Assembly: GCA_964016885.1 (NCBI GenBank)
Contig: OZ024742.1
Span: 183,210,001 to 183,274,000, forward strand
Origin: Eledone cirrhosa
Taxonomy: Eukaryota
DNA length: 64,000 nucleotides
Reading direction: 5' to 3'
The position numbers and the translations under genes were made by a program. The notes below the pieces were generated by a model. It made no database searches. It had not been told where the DNA came from and saw only the letters and a list, made by a program, of their open reading frames with translations. Shown one piece after another: positions 56,985-64,000 of the stretch. Positions within the stretch are counted from its first letter, which is position 1; every line of letters starts with the position of its first letter.

Positions 56985-57275
56985 CCTTGTCTGGCTTTCT
57001 GGTGAATAGAGGAAAGGTGTTTCTTCGAAAACCAGTATGACTCTAAAAACCGGTTTGTCTGTGTGTTTACATACAGAATAGCTGGACACTCACAGTAAAG
57101 TGTCCAGTGAAAAACTCGGTACATCTACATATGTACACGTGTGTGTATTCATATGCATACTAGTATTTCAGTATACATATGTGGATGTACATTTTTAACT
57201 GAATTACATATATATACATAAACATATATATACATATATATACATATACATATATATACATATACATATATATAC

Positions 57276-57343
<68 letters not shown>

Positions 57344-57477
57344 ATACATATATATATACATAAATATATACATAAATATATACATAAATATATACACATA
57401 TATATATACATATATATATACATATATATATACATATATATATATACATATATATACATATATATACATATATATAC

Positions 57478-57508
<31 letters not shown>

Positions 57509-57734
57509 CATATATATACATACATATATATACATATATATATACATACAGATATATATATACATATATACATACATATATATATATACATATATACATA
57601 TAAATATACATATATATATATATACATATATACATATAAATATACATATATATATATATATATATACATATGTATATATATACATATATATATATATATA
57701 CACATATGTATATATATACATATATACATATACA

Positions 57735-57772
<38 letters not shown>

Positions 57773-57830
57773 CATATGTATATATATACATATGTATATA
57801 TATACATATATATATATATATATACATATG

Positions 57831-57862
<32 letters not shown>

Positions 57863-57869
57863 CATATGT

Positions 57870-59163
57870 ATCTACTACCGCCTGACCGTAGTGCCCTGCC
57901 CAAGGGAAACCCTCACCAAGATGGAGCGCGCGCTCTTCCAATTCCTTTGGAAGAGGCGGGCTCCTATGGTGAGGAGATCCATCTGCTGTCAACACCCTTC
58001 GAAAGGAGGGCTGGGGATGCCGTGGCTAATGATGCGTAAACACGCATTAAGGCTACGGCACCTCTACGTATTCCTCACCGGACAACCGGTGTGGGCCTCG
58101 TTTGTGAGACGAACCTTTCCCAGACTCGTCTCACTCACCGAGCTGCAATCCTGGGTCAAGCAAAGACCGAGAAAACTGGGCGCCTGGCACACTGAGTGTG
58201 CCCAGGCGCTCACCGCCCTCTGGCAGGCGGATCCGGTTATCAGTGGAGACTCCACCGCAACATTCTATAGAGGGCTGGTACGCAGCAGGTGCGACGACGC
58301 CCTCGGAGAAGCCCTAGACATGGAGGAGGACGAACTGGCCAGCCTGTTCGGTAGGACATTCAGCCCGGGACCTATGGACAACTTCCAGAAGTCCCTGGCC
58401 TGGCAGTGCTACCGAGGGGCTTTACCCGTTCGAGAAAGGCTCTACAGACACGGGCGCCCGGGTAGGGACCCCGCCAAAAAGATCTGTCCCAGATGCGTGT
58501 GCGACGAGGAAACCGTTGCACACGCATTAGTACACTGCTCGGGCGTAGCCGATCTGTGGGGCTATGTCGAACAACTGCTGTCAAGGGTGGGACCGATCCG
58601 GTTGACCACCGAGTCTATTGTAATGATCAAGCCGCCTCCCCCCTTCAAAGATGAAGCAGAGGCGGTGTTTCTGTGCGTAATAGCCATGGCGAAAGAGGTT
58701 GTATGGTGGACGCGTCTGAAAGGACTGAGGTCGGGCACCTTTCTCTCTGGCCAACAACTGGTCCGTTTCTTCCGATATCATTTCGGAAGAAGGATCAGGA
58801 TGGAGAGAGAGGTGCTGCACCCCAGCCGTTTCTATGAAAGATGGGTGAAAGTGGCGAGAATGGCCCGTGTGAATGGGCCTTCACTCTACATCAGACTATA
58901 GGTGAGGAAGATGAAAGACCAAGGGAGCACCCCTTCTCTGTGCTCCTGAGGAGAAGGGTTGCACACTTTTTTCGGGGGTGTGTGCGACCCCCCAAGGCGC
59001 CTCCTCTCTATTGAGGATTTTGTTAAAAATTTTATTTTTTGTTATATCTTATTTTATTTTTATATTTTGTTATTGCCTCCTCCTTATTGAGGACGCCTTT
59101 TTGTGTAAACTCCCCCCTTTGTACTTGTCCCACTTTTGATGCCCTAGTGGCAAATAAAAGAAA
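57870..59163 (+). mobile_element. Tx1/L1-clade LINE 3' portion with open ORF2 C-terminus (to 58901) and 3' UTR
   Basis: [17 protein letters not shown]..; CCHC-type [18 protein letters not shown]; A-rich end aaataaaagaaa. Confidence 0.9.
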
Positions 59164-59215
59164 TATATATATGTATATATATGTATATATATATATATGT
59201 ATATATATATGTATA

Positions 59216-59300
<85 letters not shown>

Positions 59301-59407
59301 GTATATATAAATATACATATGTATATATATACATATGTATATATATATGTACATATGTATATATATATGTATATATATGTATATATATATGTATATATAT
59401 GTATATA

Positions 59408-59450
<43 letters not shown>

Positions 59451-59451
59451 G

Positions 59452-59614
<163 letters not shown>

Positions 59615-59627
59615 GTATATATATATG

Positions 59628-59828
<201 letters not shown>

Positions 59829-59886
59829 GTACATATATATATATATGTATATATATATATATGTATATATATATGTACATATATAC

Positions 59887-59961
<75 letters not shown>

Positions 59962-59962
<1 letters not shown>

Positions 59963-60457
59963 GGGTGACTTTGGACATCCTGCAGGACTAAAAACAAAAC
60001 CTGTCAAAGGGCAAAGGAGCTCGTAAGAGTCAATGGCCATCCAAAATCACCGGGAGAGATGACCTCTTAGCCTTTGTCAAGGCAGAATTCTAGGAGAAGG
60101 AAAACTCTGATATAACACCTGCAACCCTGATGGTATCCAATGATGTTGACTTGTTCTTCTTTTTGGTAAATATCATCTTGGTTAAGAGAGTGGGACTGGC
60201 TTTGTGCAGTGCCTTTGCTCACTATAAAAGCTTCACGGCACAGGCATTGCTTTATATCTGGAGATCTCTCTGCACTTGTCACATGGTACCAAGGGCCCAG
60301 CACTATGTGTCAATAATTGTCACAAGTGTAGTGTTTGTACCAGAGTTTTCAAGTCGCTGGCTGGACTAAAAAGTCACACTCGTTCAGCGCATCGGTAGGG
60401 GTTCTCCTACATGGATATAAAGTAGTGGCCGTACTCGAAAACGAGTTGGCAGCCACC
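59962..60457 (+). mobile_element. short non-autonomous RTE/BovB-related element, longer copy
   Basis: As 45088-45500, with about 90 additional 5' bases. Confidence 0.7.
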
Positions 60458-60506
<49 letters not shown>

Positions 60507-60528
60507 TATATACATACATATATATACA

Positions 60529-60628
<100 letters not shown>

Positions 60629-60643
60629 CATATATATATATAC

Positions 60644-60694
<51 letters not shown>

Positions 60695-60702
60695 CATATA
60701 CA

Positions 60703-60844
<142 letters not shown>

Positions 60845-61002
60845 TACATACATATATATATATATACATATGTATATATATATACATATGTATATATATA
60901 TACATATGTATATATATATACATATGTATATATATATACATATGTATATATATATATACATATGTATATATATATATACATATGTATATATATATACATA
61001 TG

Positions 61003-61060
<58 letters not shown>

Positions 61061-61147
61061 TACATACATATATATATACATACATATATATATACATATA
61101 TACATACATATATATATACATACATATATATATACATACATATATAC

Positions 61148-61214
<67 letters not shown>

Positions 61215-61215
61215 C

Positions 61216-61254
<39 letters not shown>

Positions 61255-61293
61255 CATATATATACACATATATATACATACATATATATATAC

Positions 61294-61333
<40 letters not shown>

Positions 61334-61335
61334 AC

Positions 61336-61374
<39 letters not shown>

Positions 61375-61445
61375 CATACATATATATATACATACATATA
61401 TATATACATATATATATATATACATATATATACATACATGTATAT

Positions 61446-61508
<63 letters not shown>

Positions 61509-61759
61509 CATACATATATATATACATATATATATATATACATACATGTATATATACATATATATACATACATATATATACATATATATACATACATATA
61601 CATACATGTATATATACATATATATACATACATATATATACATATATATACATATATATACAAACATGTATATATACATATATATATATACATATATATA
61701 TACATATATATACATATATACATATATATACATATATATACATATATATATATATATAC

Positions 61760-61864
<105 letters not shown>

Positions 61865-61871
61865 CATATAC

Positions 61872-61956
<85 letters not shown>

Positions 61957-61963
61957 CATATAC

Positions 61964-61994
<31 letters not shown>

Positions 61995-62006
61995 CATATA
62001 CATATA

Positions 62007-62062
<56 letters not shown>

Positions 62063-62119
62063 CATATACATATATATATATAAATATACATATATACATA
62101 TATACATATATATATACAT

Positions 62120-62940
62120 AACTCACTCGATATGCAAATTAGGCTGCTCAGCCGTTAATTTTTATAAGGAAAGTATATACTTTCGAACGTTCAACCATCT
62201 GGCAGAAGGGTATACGGTGCTGACGATAGCTAACAAGCTTGAAACTAGTACATCGTTCCTGTGTCAGTGTTGAACAAAAAGGTGACGTGTTGCCTACGCA
62301 CATACATCGTGTATAAGATAGAATGTAACAAGTGCAACCAATACTATATAGGTAGCACAATCCAACCTTTGCACATCTGGATCAAGGAACACACTAAAAC
62401 TAAGGCCTCGTCTTTCCGGAAACACATAGACAAATGCGGAAACAAAGACGGAAGGCCCATTGTCACAATTCTAGCGACTGAAAGAAACGTCGGCACGTTA
62501 CGTATCAAGGAAGCACTTTGGATCAAACGCCTAGAGCCACAAATAAACAATCGATCCAAGAGAAGCGAAATGAGGTGGTTGGTTTAAGTTAACAAACGAT
62601 GCAGCAACACACGCATACATACACACAAGCGAGACAGCAACACACGCACACACACACACACAGGGTGTGTTTTAAGCTGTCTCACACGCACCCTCTCTAT
62701 TGTATATATTATATTTTTTTCTCATGTTCTCAATATTAAGGTATATAAATATTGAGTTTTGTCATATATTACTCACTACCATGACTGAATCTTAACCATC
62801 TACTATGTCAGGGTATGTCATGCATCATCTTATTTTATCTGATGAGGACGTACTGTTGAACTTAACTCAGTACCTCTGAAATATGTATAATAAAATATAC
62901 TTGATCACACGAATATCTATTCTGTTAATATTTTGAATTA
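62120..62940 (+). mobile_element. Penelope-like element 3' end (GIY-YIG remnant plus hammerhead-bearing tail)
   Basis: IVYKIECNKCNQYYIGSTIQPLHIWIKEH..LRIKEALWIKRLEPQIN; hammerhead-like CTGATGA..GAAA at 62831-62897. Confidence 0.85.
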
Positions 62941-62942
62941 AG

Positions 62943-62980
<38 letters not shown>

Positions 62981-62983
62981 TTG

Positions 62984-63090
62984 AAATCCTGACGATTTCT
63001 TTTGAATGAAACAGTTCTAGTCCTGTAGAAGCCATTTCTATATTAAATTTGATGCTTACACTCTGCTAATGTATTAAGTACCTTACTTGA
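62984..63090 (+). ncRNA. hammerhead motif, same family as 36015-36065
   Basis: CTGACGA-tttcttttgaat-GAAA-cagttctagtcctg-TA-gaa. The downstream flank matches the reverse complement of 35733-35780. Confidence 0.6.
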
Positions 63091-63728
63091 ACTCGAGACT
63101 CATATATGTGTGTGTGTAAATACATATAACTTACAAATAAAACAATTAAAATGTCATATTCATCTTTAGTAATAGTTGGTAGTTGTTTCTACTTAAAATG
63201 TCCACAGGGTCATCTAGTGTGTGTTATGGTATAATAACAGTAAACAATCAGTTGTTAAATATTTACCATATGTTAAGAAGGGAAATTAAAGAATGATGAA
63301 TCTGTTTACATTCTATCATCCACCACTTCTAAAATAACACAACTTATCAGCCAGTTGTAAGTTGAGAGGTTCAGCATTTCTTATAGAACTATTATTTCTA
63401 TAAAAGGTTTTGTTGGCATTTTTAGAATAAAGCCTCTTGGTAAAATATTGCCTGTATGGCTGTTACTTCATCTGATCTTCAACTTTTACATTTTACTTAA
63501 ATGATCATGGTCATTTTACTTAAATCATCATGGTCATCGCTGTCAACATTACCACCACCACCATCATCATCATCCTCATTTGCTTTCCCTACTAGCACAA
63601 ATCGAAACCGCCCGAGCTCACAGTCAATCCTCTACTTTCACTAATATGGATCTGTTATTTTTATCTAAAGACATTTTTTTCCAATTCCAAACCGCCCGTC
63701 CCTTCAATCTATCTTATATCTCATTCTT

Positions 63729-63764
63729 TCTTCTGATGAAGGACAAGCGTCCGAAACGTTAAGA
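63729..63764 (+). ncRNA. minimal hammerhead ribozyme
   Basis: tctt-CTGATGA-a-ggac aagc gtcc-GAAA-cg-TT-aaga, with the AACGTT palindrome in place of stem III. Confidence 0.75.
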
Positions 63765-64000
63765 CCCCTTCCTGCTATTTCAAGCGTTAACCTTTTACAT
63801 ACATACATATATATATATATAATAATAATAATTTTTTTTACTCAAGTATCACTATTACAGTTGCTATAAGATATGAGTACCGTGTGTTTTGGCAGATTGT
63901 GAGGCAGCTAGAGTACAGAGTTTGAACATTTCTTTTCAGCATGTATCAATTCAACTACATGCGACCAAACGAATCTTCTTTATTTCAAGTATGGAAAGCA

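Larger units (their letters stand above)
55875..57202. mobile_element. hammerhead-containing 466-bp unit in tandem and inverted copies (retrozyme / Penelope pseudo-LTR-like)
   Basis: About 1.2 units reversed (55875-56414), then about 1.7 units forward (56415-57202). gaaaaagcatat at 56415 and 56881 gives a period of 466. Confidence 0.85.

Noticed and set aside
56441-57089. Duplicated 60-aa minus-strand ORFs
   Set aside because: Antisense to the ribozyme unit, non-ATG start, and no recognisable motif.

Overview
AT-rich, repeat-dominated animal genomic DNA. The SINE and LINE repertoire suggests a cephalopod or other mollusc; this is inference. The only host gene I can support is a minus-strand Polycomb group RING finger gene (BMI1/PCGF4-like). 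Five coding exons splice in frame with GT-AG ends: 28224-28355, 17699-17795, 7868-7923, 1599-1640 and 681-798. The gene continues beyond the left edge and no start codon was found. Its introns hold SINEs, TTAA-flanked MITEs, minisatellites and decayed RTE, Penelope-like and mariner elements. From about 36 to 62 kb the window is mostly (TA)n/(TACA)n microsatellite with a 200-N gap. Islands within it include a 5'-truncated RTE LINE with an open reading frame, a Tx1/L1 3' end and Penelope GIY-YIG fragments. The most striking signal is a cluster of about 10 minimal type I hammerhead ribozyme motifs from several families. One lies in a non-coding 466-bp unit present in tandem and inverted copies (55875-57202), which looks like a retrozyme or Penelope pseudo-LTR able to release a unit-length, possibly circular, RNA. 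Most long ORFs in the supplied track are microsatellite artefacts. Everything was read by eye and no searches were run; element boundaries are approximate.
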